Source of the DNA: Azolla caroliniana
Taxonomy: Eukaryota; Plantae; Polypodiophyta
Length of the DNA stretch: 64,000 bases
Assembly (NCBI GenBank): GCA_043228905.1
Contig: JBHGNT010000003.1
Span: 13,702,001 to 13,766,000 of the forward strand
Direction: 5' to 3'
Position 1 is the first letter of the stretch, and the number at the start of each line of letters is the position of its first letter. The position numbers and the translations under genes are program-made. Of the stretch, positions 1 to 12,360 are shown one piece after another. The notes beneath the pieces were generated by a model. It was not told where the DNA came from, ran no database searches, and worked only from the letters and a program-made list of their open reading frames with translations.

Positions 1-2244
1 ATCCTCACTGGTCGACTTGGAGCTCTTCATCTTCTTCTCCGACTCCCGGTCGGCGAGTGTCTTGTCCTCCATGAAGATGATATCTCGACTCCTGAATATC
101 TTCTTGTCGACCGGGTCCCATACTCGGTAGCCGAACTCGTCGTCGCCGTAACCGAGGAATATGCATGGCCGGGTCTTTGGATCTAACTTTCCTCTCCGGT
201 CCTTTGCCACATGCACGTATGCGAGACACCCGAACACCTTCAGATGCCGGTAGGACACTTCCTTACCGGTCCACACTTTCTGCGGCGTGTCTCCGTCCAA
301 AGGTACTGAGGGTGATCTGTTTATCACGTATGTCGCCGTCGACATCGCCTCAGCCCAAAATCCCTTGGGTAATTTCGCATGCGCCAGCATACTCCGGACC
401 CTCTCCATTATGGTCCGGTTCATCCTCTCGGCCAGCCCGTTCAGTTCCGGCGTCTTCGGCACAGTAAACTCGAGCCGGATTCCCTTCGAGCGACAGTACT
501 CCTGGAACTGCCCCCGGTATTCCCCTCCGTTATCCGCTCGTATCGCTTTCAGCTTCTTGCCGGATTCCCTTTCCACTCTCACGTGAAGTTCTTTGAAGAC
601 GCACAACACTTGGTCCTTTGTCTTCAACGGTGCCGACCACAGCTTCCGGCTGTGGTCATCAATGAATGTCACGAAGTACTGGGCTCCGCCATGTGACTTC
701 GTTTCTACTTGACACACGTCAGTGTGCACCAGCTCCAATGGTGCGCTACGTCTCGTCGGTGGCCTTGAGTGGAAGGAGGTCCGGTTTTGCTTACCGGCCA
801 GGCAGTCGGTGCACTTCTCCAGGTGCACATGCTTCACTGGAATAAGGTTGTCTTCTGCAAGCCTCTTCATCCCCTTCTCACTCATGTGGCACAGTCTCTT
901 GTGCCACAGCTCACCGGCAGTGTCGGCTGCCACGTTCAGCTCCTCCGGACATAGCCGGGAATTCATCAGGTACAGTGTGTTGACCTTCCGGGCCCGAGCC
1001 ACTATCAGGCTCCCCTTGCTGAACTTCATGACACCGTTCCGGATGCTACCCGTGTAGCCTTCATCATCTAGCCTCCCGGCCGAGATCAGGTTCAATCGGA
1101 CCTCCGGAACATGTCGAACATCCTTCAGCAGCATCTTGCATCCGGTTGATGTCATCAGCCACACGTCTCCTATGCCGGCAATCCGGCATGTGCCTTCATT
1201 TCCCATCCGGACACAGCCGTGCTCACCGGCTGTGTAGGATGAGAAGTATTTCTTCTCCGGGGTCAGGTGGAACGACGCTCCGGAATCGACCACCCAGGTC
1301 ATCTCTACACCGGCAAGGTTCAGCTCCCTCTCTTCGGTAATGAGCATTATCTCTTCTTCACTTGCCGCGAGTGCCGTCGTTCCTTTCCGGTCCTGCCCTC
1401 GCCGATCCGGACCTCTCCGGTCCGTGGCTCCCCGGTATGCACCGTTTCTCTCCGGTGACTTCTTCGAATCGGCGTCGTCGGCTCCGTTGTCCTTTCGGTA
1501 ATGCCGACAATTCTTCCGGAAGTGCCCCGGCTTCCCACAGTGGAAGCATGTGGGCCTTCCTCTTGACTGCGACCGGGTCCCCGACTTCTCCCGTCTTTGC
1601 GGACTCCGGTTCCATTGTCTTCCCCGATCCGATTCGGTAAGCAGCATCTTCGGATCGGAAACCGGTTCTTTATCTCTCCGACGCGCTTCTTCGTTCAAAA
1701 TGCTTGTCTTTACCGTTTGTAGAGACAAGTTATCTTCGGTGCAGGAGGTGCTGAGAGTCACCACCAAGTTCTCCCAGCTTTCCGGCAATGTACACATCAG
1801 AATGATGGCTTGCATTGCATCCTCCAACGGGAACTTGATCGCCGCAAGCTGGTTCACGAATCCCATGAACGTGCTTACGTGTTCCACCATACTCTCGCCG
1901 TCCCGGTACTTGAGGTTCACTATCTTCCTCATCAGGGAGGTCCGGTTTAACGCATTCTTCCTCTCGTAGAGGCCCGACAGCTTCCGCCACATCTCATATG
2001 CGTTGGTGTCGTTCGCCACATGTTGTAGAACGCTCACGTCGACGTATTGCCGAATGGTTGCAACGGCTTTCCGGTTCAGAAGCCTCCATTCCGTCTCAAG
2101 TACCCCCTTGGGTATTTCCGACCTGTCGATCGGTTCATACAGGTCTGGAACAATGAGCAGATCCTCCATCTTTATCTTCCAGTCGGCGTAGTTCTGCGCA
2201 TTCAGCACCATCATCCCCGGCTGCCCGCTGCTGCCGCCTTCCAT
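1..2244 (-). CDS. Ty1/copia gag-pol polyprotein (Gag, zinc knuckle, protease, integrase), open to the window edge
   Basis: ATG at 2244 reads MEGGSSGQPGMMVLNAQNYADWKIKMEDLL. The same frame near base 190 reads KLDPKTRPCIFLGYGDDEFGYRVWDPVDKKIFRSRDIIF (copia integrase C-terminus). No terminated ORF is listed in this frame, consistent with one open frame. Confidence 0.9.
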   Translation of the reverse strand, partial: MEGGSSGQPGMMVLNAQNYADWKIKMEDLLIVPDLYEPIDRSEIPKGVLETEWRLLNRKAVATIRQYVDVSVLQHVANDTNAYEMWRKLSGLYERKNALNRTSLMRKIVNLKYRDGESMVEHVSTFMGFVNQLAAIKFPLEDAMQAIILMCTLPESWENLVVTLSTSCTEDNLSLQTVKTSILNEEARRRDKEPVSDPKMLLTESDRGRQWNRSPQRREKSGTRSQSRGRPTCFHCGKPGHFRKNCRHYRKDNGADDADSKKSPERNGAYRGATDRRGPDRRGQDRKGTTALAASEEEIMLITEERELNLAGVEMTWVVDSGASFHLTPEKKYFSSYTAGEHGCVRMGNEGTCRIAGIGDVWLMTSTGCKMLLKDVRHVPEVRLNLISAGRLDDEGYTGSIRNGVMKFSKGSLIVARARKVNTLYLMNSRLCPEELNVAADTAGELWHKRLCHMSEKGMKRLAEDNLIPVKHVHLEKCTDCLAGKQNRTSFHSRPPTRRSAPLELVHTDVCQVETKSHGGAQYFVTFIDDHSRKLWSAPLKTKDQVLCVFKELHVRVERESGKKLKAIRADNGGEYRGQFQEYCRSKGIRLEFTVPKTPELNGLAERMNRTIMERVRSMLAHAKLPKGFWAEAMSTATYVINRSPSVPLDGDTPQKVWTGKEVSYRHLKVFGCLAYVHVAKDRRGKLDPKTRPCIFLGYGDDEFGYRVWDPVDKKIFRSRDIIFMEDKTLADRESEKKMKSSKSTSED

Positions 2245-2260
2245 TTTCTGTGTTACCGTC

Positions 2261-2272
2261 GCTCTGATACCA
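2261..2272 (-). promoter_or_regulatory. Primer-binding site (PBS), tRNA-iMet
   Basis: GCTCTGATACCA is the reverse complement of TGGTATCAGAGC, 3 nt from the LTR. Confidence 0.93.
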
Positions 2273-2275
2273 CTT

Positions 2276-2540
2276 TGTTGAAAAACAGTGCTCGGCCACA
2301 ACCGAGGAATAGGATCAACTCACAGAAAAACGGGAAATACAAAGTGCACGAGGACAATAGAGAGAAAGGTACACTGGATGTTTTACGTGGAAAACCCTAA
2401 ATGGGAAAAACCACGGGAGTCCTCAAACTCCAACTATTACTATGAACAGAGATGTACACAGGTGAAGCTACAAGGCAACAACCTTGAGCTCACTGTCTTC
2501 GCCACAGGCGGCGATAATACACAGAGGCGACGACCTCTTC

Positions 2541-2571
<31 letters not shown>

Positions 2572-2884
2572 CTGCTCTCACTTCGCATACAAATGAGCAA
2601 CAACAATAACTGTTTGCCCTAAGTCATATTTATACACATATGACTTTCGGGCTATTTACAAATATAGCCTCAAGGGGGGCCTTGGCAAACATATTCACAA
2701 ATATGTCCCCGCATCCGGATCTCTCTCCGGGTACATTCGTCATCCGGCTCCGTAACCGGGGTCTTCTTCATCCGGATTCATGCCGGGTACTCTTCATCCT
2801 CCGGTTCCGTAACCGCAACCGGGCTTGCCGTCATTCATTTCCGGACATCCGACCATCCCATCCGGAGGGACCGTAATCCCAACA
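2276..2884 (-). mobile_element. 5' LTR of the left-edge copia element
   Basis: TGTTG...CAACA termini, adjacent to the PBS; contains a (CT)n tract and CCGG-rich repeats. Confidence 0.8.
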
Positions 2885-3042
2885 CTTTCTAACGACCTTT
2901 CGGTCTACGCACCGATACGGCCTTCGTACGCACCGGTCTGCGTACCGGTTTCCAACCGGTCCGGCCTAACTGATCGGTCCCAACCGATCCGGTCCTTGGC
3001 TTGCTCAGCCGATTCGGCCGATGTTGAGCTTGTCTCTCAACA
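2885..3042 (-). mobile_element. Start of a copia LTR (same group as 4753-5201), interrupted by the left-edge copia
   Basis: The reverse complement begins TGTTGAGAGACAAGCTCAACAT, matching TGTTGAGCGGACAAGCTCAACAT at 4753. Confidence 0.7.
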
Positions 3043-3657
3043 ATAATGTTGTAAAACTTGTAGTTATGGGGGACCATTAGGAACATACAATAGGTTTTGT
3101 CGAAACAAAAAACCACCATGGCAATAGAACTGAAGATAGTCATTATGAGGGTTTTTCGACTATGGTAAGACGCACGATCGGGGATGATATGATCCAAAAC
3201 ATCCTTGGCGAATTCATCAATGACCATATAATCTTGAATGGAATCAAGAAGAGTGAAATCTTCAAGAGTTGTTATGGCATTAACTACCATTAATCAGAGG
3301 CGATTAGGACCCAAAAGGATTTGTTTTTTATGCTCGAATGTAGGTTACCCTGGACGAAGTTCCATATAAGAGCATCGAGAAAGAGCATCTGCTTGGCCTT
3401 GCTGCAAGAAGTTCTTTGTCATGGATCTCGTAGTTGATCTTTGCAGCTTCAAACTTTCGAGAATGAAAGGCGACAGGGTGTAGGTGTCCATCATCTCCAG
3501 GCAGCAGTAGGACACTCCCTAGTGCAAAAGGATGCATCGGCTTCAAGGATGAAGTGTTTTGTTGCGTCGACATGTGCTAAAGTAGGTGCCATTGTAAACA
3601 CTTGTTTTAAGCTTTCGAATGCCTCAACTGCATTGGAACTCCATATAAATGGTTGAT
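3043..3657 (-). pseudogene. Relic Ty3/gypsy (Tcn1-like) RNase H and linker fragment
   Basis: [42 protein letters not shown] is homologous to the RNase H at 14000-14548 and 35470-36438. Confidence 0.8.
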
Positions 3658-3659
3658 TC

Positions 3660-4096
3660 TATAGCATTGAGTTGTTGCCTACTCCTTGTAATCCGTTTTA
3701 CTCTGCAATATAATATTTCCCTTTCAATTCTCTCTCTTTCTTTGTCTTAACACTATACTTCTCTCTCTCTCTCTCTCTATCATCATAGTTTGAACCAATT
3801 TAGTTTTGGGATGACTGATAGATTCCTATTTATAAGTAATACAGAACACTCTGGAATATTCTAGGTCATCCTAAAATGTAGAGTAATCTAGAAGGTTCTA
3901 GTGTATAGAACACTCTAGAATATTCTAGGTCATTCTAGAATGTAGAGTAATATAGAACATTCCTTTGATATTAGATTATATATTCTAAAAACTATACATA
4001 TAAGAATATTAATACAATAGTTAAGGATTTGACATGCGTATAACAAGGTCGTGGGTTCAAATCCTTTCGAGGCATGATGTGAGTGTCATCATGACA
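3660..4096 (-). mobile_element. Diverged Tcn1-like LTR (left boundary uncertain)
   Basis: The minus strand starts TGTCATGAT and has the same order of motifs as 32855-33287: tRNA-like box, GAAnnTTC repeats, TATAAAT, AAATTGGTTCAAAC. Confidence 0.7.
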
Positions 4097-4752
4097 GTAT
4101 TTAAATTGTCTCTTGGACAAACTAGGTTTAGGACAATTCTGTAAATATGTCAAAGGGCAATTGCCCTAGCCCAGTTAGTAGTATAATAGGCTTTGTAACC
4201 TAGTTTATGGTGTTGTTGTTGTGGTTATAGTTGCCTCCATTTGTTTTGTAACTTAGAGTTCAAATAATATAGTTACATTGTGCTTGTGCCATCACCGTGT
4301 TCTTTTCTCCTTGTTACCTTGTTGATCGTGTATCACGATTTAGTTGTCTATTAGTTTGAATTCGTTTCTATCTTCTCTCCGACGATCTTTATCACAAAGA
4401 GTGTTGAGATATCGTCGCACACCTAGACAGCTGCATACAACATTTGGTATCAGAGCTTGGAGTTTTCTTGCCGCCGTCTACTTTTTTTCTTCATCAACTA
4501 CTCTCCTTTGTCCCTTCCGAAGACAATTTTTGGTGTAATGGATTCCAAGATTTCAGTCCTATTGAAATCCTTCGTTTGGCAACTCTTCACAAGATCATAT
4601 TCAGCAAAGAGAAACGCCTTGAAAGTCTGCAACCCATGGTTCTAAATCACTCTTGAAGTAAGCCAGTCGGTTGTACTTTACTCATGTGATTGCAGCCACT
4701 CGGAGTGAGTCTTCGTTCTAAAAGCTTTGTCTCAATCATGCTACATCAGGTT
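4097..4752 (+). mobile_element. Copia relic: LTR 3' part, iMet PBS (4445-4456) and decayed downstream sequence
   Basis: ...ACAACA-TT-TGGTATCAGAGC junction at 4442-4456. Confidence 0.65.
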
Positions 4753-5570
4753 TGTTGAGCGGACAAGCTCAACATGATTTGGATTGGCTAAATAAGCCAA
4801 GAGTCGGATCGGTGTCCAGAACGAAGAGGCGTATCGGTGTCCGGATTGGTGTCCAGAACGGAGAGCCGGATCTAAGTATAACCGATAGGCCGGTAGAGGC
4901 CTGTGATCCTAGCCTAGTACATGGGTATGTTTTTAGGAGACAGTGTCAGTCGCTCGGTACGAGCATTGTACTTGTCAATACTTCTGTCAGTCGTTTTAAG
5001 GACTTGTATAAAAGTGCTCATTGAGCACATTGTATGTATATAGTGTTCATTATTTTGAAACTGAGATTTTGTTGTTTTGCTCTCTCTGTCTCTGTCTCTC
5101 TCTCACACACCGACTCGGTGTATTCCATTCTCTATGTTTTCTATTGCTATCCGGCCGAGCCGGTTGAGGTATATTTAGCTTCCGCATTATTATCTTTTAC
5201 ATGGTATCAGAGCGCGAGGGTTAGAACATCCTCTGCTGCCAACAAGAGCTTTCAACACAACCAAGACCTAACACCCGGTAAGAATAGAAAAAGGAAAATG
5301 GACGGAGGCATGGGAAGCTCGTTTCCGACGGAGAAGCTTGATAGGAGCAACTACGCACCTTGGTCGTACAAGATGCACAAATACTTGTTAGGGCATGGGT
5401 ATTGGAGTTATGTCGAAGGAGAAAATGATGCAACAACAGATTCGACAAATAGGGATTTTTCGGCTTGGGAACAATTAGCAAGCAGAGTTCTCTACTGCTT
5501 CGCATCCAGTGTCGGTGATCAGCTACTGAACTACATCCGAGACTCCAATAAGCCAAAAGAGGCTTGGGGT
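4753..5570 (+). mobile_element. Truncated copia: LTR 4753-5201, iMet PBS 5202-5213, gag start 5298
   Basis: TG...CA LTR directly followed by TGGTATCAGAGC; MDGGMGSSFPTEKLDRSNYAPWSYKMHKYLLGHGYWSYVEG is a copia Gag N-terminus. Confidence 0.85.
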
Positions 5571-8500
5571 CTACAAACGTTGAGGTTAAATTGACTAAGG
5601 GAAATGAAGTGAAGAAAATATCATCTCCCCCACTAGATGAAAATGAATGTAAAGTAGCTCAAGCCCACAATCAATTGAGGCCTTTGCAAGGATTTCTTCA
5701 TTCAATAATATAGAGGAGACATAGATTGTGAGAAGATGTTGCAGAGGCTTGAGGGCGCTCGACTTACCTTCTCCGGGGAGAAGTCGGCATTCAGACAATC
5801 AGAGATCTTGGTGGTTGGACACCTATGCGGACCATACATCCGGAAATCGTCTCTAGCGAAGGTAGAGGCCATCTCGGCAATGAAGGAGGAATGCAGATCA
5901 ATCACGGGAGTTTGACGGTTCCTGGGAGCGTGCGCCTTCTACTACATATGGATCCCACACTACGCGCATATCGCTGAGTCACTCTATGGCTTGCTGAAGA
6001 GAAGTCGGAAATTCGAGTGGATCAAAGAACACATGGAGGCGGTTCTGAGACTAGAGGAGATGTTGGCAGTGACACCGGCTCTCCAGAAAGCGGTATACAA
6101 GTCATACACTCTGGTTTACGTGACGGTCGACACGAGTCCGACCGGTGTCGCGGTAATCCGCGAGTATGTGTTCAAAGGGGCGGGACCACGGGGGTCTCAG
6201 ACGAGGAAGAGATGGATGCCGGGAGACCGACTCTCTCCGGTCTTCGCTGCACAGGCTGTGGTGCAAACCAGAGCGATTCCAGACGCGTACCGGAGGCTAT
6301 CGGACGTGAGAGAGGGAGAGAGAGAGAGAGTACGTGCAACACCGAGTCAATACACACTACTTATGTACAAAAAGGGAAAGAAGAAACTCCGAAGACGCAG
6401 ACACAGATACAGATGCACAAAACTTCTCCATATATGTACAAAAGCAAGATACAATGCCAACTTCGAGCTGGACCAAGGTAGGTTAGGTTACACCAAAGCT
6501 GGAAATCTTCACGACATCCACCCCCACGAAACCGCACATCCACCGATATGTGCCATGAAAGGAAAAGGTGAGAAATTTCGGCGACGGTGATCAATCGGTT
6601 CTCCGCCATCCTGGCACTCGACCGTATTGCCGGCTCCTACCAACCCCGATCCGTCGGCTCCATCCGATTTGCCATATCCGACGGTCGCACCTTCTTCCCC
6701 GATCGGTCCTCCCGAACACCGTTGCCGATCCAGTCACTCCTCCTTTGTCCGCCACGTATGCCCTCAGATTAGGCCCGCAATCACTCCGATTGTACGCCGG
6801 ATTCCGCGCCTCGCGTGTCGCGTGTGTCCCTCTGTTGGTTCCACCGTCTCCTCGTCCCGAGCACGTCAGGGTGCCGTCTCTCTCCGTTCTGCACTTGCAT
6901 TCTGTAGGCTCTTTCCGTGCATCGATGTAGTCCTTCGAATACACGCTCGTTCTTCGGTCCTTAGGTGACCCCATTACGCACTCCTTGTTTCTCCCTTGCT
7001 CGCCTCTCAAAGGTTCGACCGGACCGCCATTGCCGGTCACTCGTTGCCGCTCTTCCAGGTGCATGCTTGTTTCTTGGCCCTTCACAAGCCGTAATGCATG
7101 CTTTGTGTTACACCCTTCACTCGCCGTAGTCCAGACCTCCCCGTTGGCCTCTTCTTCCTTCGTCGCCGTAGCCCCTTCCGACTCCGGCTTGCCGTCTTGA
7201 CCCCGCTCGTCTATCATTTCGTACTGGATACCCGTTCTGGTAACCTCGTCCGCTCTGGCCTCCGACTCCTCGCCGCCACCCGTTGTCTCTCCGGTCTTAC
7301 GTTGATTCGCAACTGCCAAAGTCTCTAGATTAGGTGTGGAGGGTCCCGCTCGTTTCCGGACTTTCACCGAACCGTAGTCGTCGTGCACGCTTGGCTCCTT
7401 CTTGCGCTCACCAGCTCCCACTGCGTGTCGTGGCTCGTGTACCCCAACCTCCAATCATGCCGGCATAGCCCTTGCCCGGATCAGTCTCGACCGATCGGGT
7501 TTTGGTTCGATCGGCTCTCTTCCATGATCGTAACCAGCCGGTACGGGTTCGACCGAACAATCCCAGCCTTGCTAGCTCTTCTTCGGTTTAGGCCCGGTGG
7601 ACCGGCCCCCGCTCCAATCTTCTTCCGCGCCGTCTTCCGGTTGTGTCGAATTACTGACCGGTTTGTCTTCCGGTCAGGTCGGTTCTTGACTCTCTCCTCT
7701 TTGCCGCTCCAAGCCTCCTTTTCGGTCCTTCCGCACGTGCCCGCTCCAGGCCTCGCATCCTCACGGTCGGAGTCTCTAGAACCGGTGTGGGTAAGGCCCC
7801 GTCACCGCCGCTCGTCATGTCTATAGCCACCATCCTTCCCCTTGTTTTGGGCCCTTTTGCTTGATCCCGTTCACCTGCCGCCACCATCCTTCTCTCTAGG
7901 TCTCACACCGGCTCTGGTGGTCGGCCGCCGGAGTCTCCGGATTGGTGTGAGTGTCTTTGTGGGACCTCCCCTTTGCCTGTCTTTGCCCTTGTCCCCTTGC
8001 CGCCACCGTCAGTCTCTTGGTCTTATGTCGACTCCGTTGGTGACTGCCAAAGTCTCTAGATCCAGTGTTTCAAGCATTCATTTTTCTTGTGTATTTTCTG
8101 AACCTCCTTATTTATATTGCATACCCACATCTTGCATCATGGAACAAGTTTTGAATGTTGTTGGAGCAATCTCTCCAACCGAGACCCCTCAACTCCAATC
8201 CGCATCGCGCACACAAGCTGAGATCACTATTGAGCAATTGCTCACTACTACCTTGAATCAATTGGCTGAAATAAGGCAGGCCAATATGGCATTGGAAAAG
8301 AAATTCCAAGAATTGACTATTGAGTCCAAGAAAGAAGGTGAGCCTTCTTTTGTAGTAACACCATTCAAGGGAGATAAGAAAAAAATAACCGAGGAGGCCA
8401 TTAACAGTTGGCTTGGTTGTTGGGAGTCTCACTTTGAGCTCCATCCCAAGCCCGATGCTGTAAAAAATTGGTTACGTTGGTCGTGAGTTAGGTGGGCGAG

Positions 8501-11500
8501 CTGCTACGGCCTAAGGACTGCAAAGAACTTACCCACAACTTGGGAAGGTTTCGTTGATGTTTTTAAGAAACAATTTTTGCAGCCACCTTCTCAAACTGAA
8601 CAAGTGCAACACTTGCTCACGTTGTCGAGTAAGCCATTTACCTCTCTCGAGAATTATGTGGATCATGCTCGGACCCAGATCCAAAAATCAGGACTTACGA
8701 GTGAGAAATGGTTTTTTGCTTGCTTTTTGAATGGTATTCCCAATAGGGATTACCATTGGATTGTCCATGACAAGGACCCCACAACTTTCGAGGAAGCCGT
8801 CAACATTGTACTTCGGTACCATAGGACTTCCAAGAAAGACCACAATAAACCTAAGTTCGCCAAAACTCCGAATGTCAAGTTCATTGGGAAACGTAAGCAA
8901 TCCAATGACACTCTTGACCACGACTCCAAGAAACCTAACCTCTTTTGTGTATTTTGCAAGAAGCGGGGCCACACAAAGGATACCTGTCGTCGTCTTGAGA
9001 GGAAGTCAATGAACACCCCTCCTCAAGACAAATCTACGAGTCATACAAGTGAGTCTTTTGATGTTGTTGAAGTTCATACCAACCACTTAAGTTCATGTGA
9101 ATGCACTTTTCCTTCACATTTACTTGGACCTAATGATTTACTTCGAGCAGTTGGGTATATCAATGGAACATAAGCACATTTCTTGTTTGATTCCGGTAAT
9201 TCTCACAATTTTCTTAATGATCACTTTGTGCAGCAAATGGAACTCCACATAAACGCAAGTGATCATATCTATCAAGTTCACATGGCAAATGGATGCCTTC
9301 AATACATTAGTGGCATTGTTTGTCAACTGCCAATTCAAATAGATACCTATTTGGAGAAGCTTGACTTTCATGATATGAAACTAAAATCCGTAGATGTCAT
9401 TTTAGGATACCCTTGGTTTTTTAATAAAAACCCTTCTTTGTCCATTGATTGGGCTAATAACTCAATTACATTTGAACTTAATAATTGTAAACATTTTATT
9501 CAATGTTCCAAACTTCCTTCTCGTTCACTTGTGTCTTCTAAATCTTTAAGTGAGTATTCAAGTTCATTAATTTATTCGTGTGTAATTGATCCTGTGCTTC
9601 AATTTTACTATTTTAATATTGATGCCACACCATTACCACATTATGAACAACGATTACTCGACTCTATTTTAGATGATTTTCAAGATGATTTTCCTAACGA
9701 ATTGCCGCTTACTTTACCACCAAAACGTAATGTGGACCATCAAATTGAACTCATCCCTGGTGCTGCTCCTCTGAGCATTCCACCTTACCGACTTAGTCGA
9801 TTATAAGAGGATGAGATCGCGAAACAACTTAAGGAATACTTGAGTATGAGCCACATTAGGTATAGTAAATCACCTTGGGGTGCGCCAGTTCTATTAGTAA
9901 AGAAGAAGGAAAGTTCATGGCGGATGTGTATCAATTATCTCCGTTTGAATAAAATGACAATTAAAAATGCATATCCGTTACCTCATGCTAATGATTTGAT
10001 TGATCGTTTACATGGGGCTTGATATTTTATGAAAATTGACTTACGAAGAAGTTATCATCAAATTCGCATTGTCGAGGATGATATTCCTAAAACCACTTTT
10101 CGTATACGCTTTGGCCATTATGAGTTTTTAGTCATGCCTTTCGGGTTGACTAATGTTCCTGCCACATTCCAACAAGCGATGAATGACGTTTTCCGAGATC
10201 AACTCGATGATTTTGTTGTCGACTTCTTGGATGATATTTTGATATATAGCCGTACCTTGCAAGATCATGTTCAACATGTTTGATTTGTTTTGCAAAAGTT
10301 GTGTGACAACTATTTCTATGCAAAATATTCAAAGTGTAATTTTTTCCAAAAATCTATTGTGTACCTAAGTCATTTAATAACAGAAAATGGTGTTGAAATT
10401 GAACCTTCTCGTATTGAAAATCAATATTCTGAACTGCGATCATTCTTACGAAAATCAATTTGTGACTATTCCAAATTGACTATGCCATTAACTGACCTTT
10501 TAAAAGGCTGTTGTTTGGCCGACACAGTATAAGTCGAACGTTGCTCACCGAACATTGTTGCGATATTCCGCGAGCACGTGTTGGATCCGAGGCGGGACCA
10601 CGGGGGTCTTGGACTAGGGAGTAGAGGAGAAGGAATAAGACCCGAAAATGGTAGATTAGCTCAAGAGGAGAAGAGGAAGAGTAGCACATAAACATAGAAT
10701 AGAATAGATGGAGTCAAGATACACCCACAAGACAAGAAACATCAACATGCTAAATTAAGAGTTTACAAAGATTACAACCAAAGCTGCGTAGGCCACACCC
10801 CAAAACAACTACAAGAAAACCCTAACCGGATTAGTAAGCAAAGAAGCATAGAAACCCTAAAGAAACTCAAGAAAAAAACCCTAGACGAAACCCTAAAACC
10901 GAATAGAACTCCTCGACCTAAGCAACCCTTTTAACAAGGGATCCCTCCCTCCTTTTATAGATCAAGGAGGGGAGGGCATTACAATGTGGGATAAATACTC
11001 CCCCTTATTCTATACATCGTTTCCTACTATACATGTGCACATGTTGCACACCATCGACTTGCCCATTCCACCCCGGTTCCACACTATAGCCGGAAATCTT
11101 CACGACATCCACCCCCACCAAACCGCACATCCACCGGTATGTGCCAAGAAAGAAAAAGGGTGAGAGATTTCGCCGACAGTGATCAACCGAGTCCTTTGCC
11201 TTACCGGCACCCGACCGTCTCACCGGCTCCTTATTGGCCCCGTTCCGTCTTCTTCCGCACTGCGCCTATCCTCCTTTCGAGAACTCAGCTCCGTGGCCAT
11301 CCTTGTTGACCTTGCTCGACTTCGTCTTCCACTTTGACCATGGCTGTCCCTTCCACACGAGTTGCCATAGCCACCCAATCCGCTGTATATCCCCGAACCA
11401 TCGGCTCCATCCGATTCGCCATATCCGACATTCGCGCCTTCCTCCCCAATCGGTCCTTCCGGACCCCATTGCCGATCCGATCACCCCTCCTTTGTCCGCC

Positions 11501-12360
11501 GTGTATGTCCTCTGATTTGGTCCCCAGTCACTCCGATCGCATGCCGGATTCCACGTACCACGTACCGCGTGTGTCCCTCCTTCGGTTCGACTGTCTCCTC
11601 CTCTCGAATACCTCGTGCCAACTCCCATCCCGCACTCGCCTTCCGTAGGCTCTTTCCGTGTGTCGTTGTCGTCCCCCGAATGCGCACTCGATCTTCGGTC
11701 CTTAGGTGAACCCATTATGCGCTCCTCCCTTTTCCCTTGCTTGCCGTGCTCTCTCGCGGTAGAGCGTACCATCATACCGACCTGCATGTCGGTTTCCTTC
11801 GCGGTTCTTGTTACCGCTTCGCCTCAACTTGCGCCCTCTTGGCCTCGCATGTCCTCCAGGACGTTGCGCTTTCTTTTCCCGGCGTGTACCCCTTTGTTCT
11901 CCACGCACAATCCTTCTCTCCCATTGTTCATCCGTCGATCACGGCACCTTACCGCTCCGTCTCTCGCCACGTGCTTGCCTCTCAAAGGTTCGACCTGTCG
12001 GCCGTTGCCGGTCAGTCGTTGTCGCTCTTCCGGGTGCATGCTTGCTTCTTGGCCCTTCGCCGGTCGTACTGCATGCTCCGTTTTACGCCCTTTGCTCACC
12101 GTAGACCCGACCTCCATGTCGACCTCTTCTCCCTTTGTTGTCGTAGCCCGTTCCAAGTCGGGCTTGCCGTCTTGGCCCCGCCCGTCCATTATTTCATACT
12201 GGATACCCACTCAGGTAACCTCATCTGCTCAGGTAACTGACTCCTCACCGCCACCCACCGTCTCTCTAGTCTTACGTCGATCCGCAACCGCCGAAGTCTC
12301 TAGAATAGGAGTGAAGGGTCCCGCTTGTTTCCGGTCTTTCACCAAATCGTAGTCGTCGCA

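Noticed and set aside
4010-4075. A functional tRNA gene
   Set aside because: The B box is good, but acceptor and anticodon stems do not pair, and the sequence is part of an LTR.
6591-7454. 287-aa ORF as a host gene
   Set aside because: Low-complexity internal sequence of T1; the homologous T2 region is broken into different frames.
10504-10508. TSD for element D
   Set aside because: Left flank AAGGC does not match right flank AATGT. Comparison with 63735-63770 suggests a small junction deletion.
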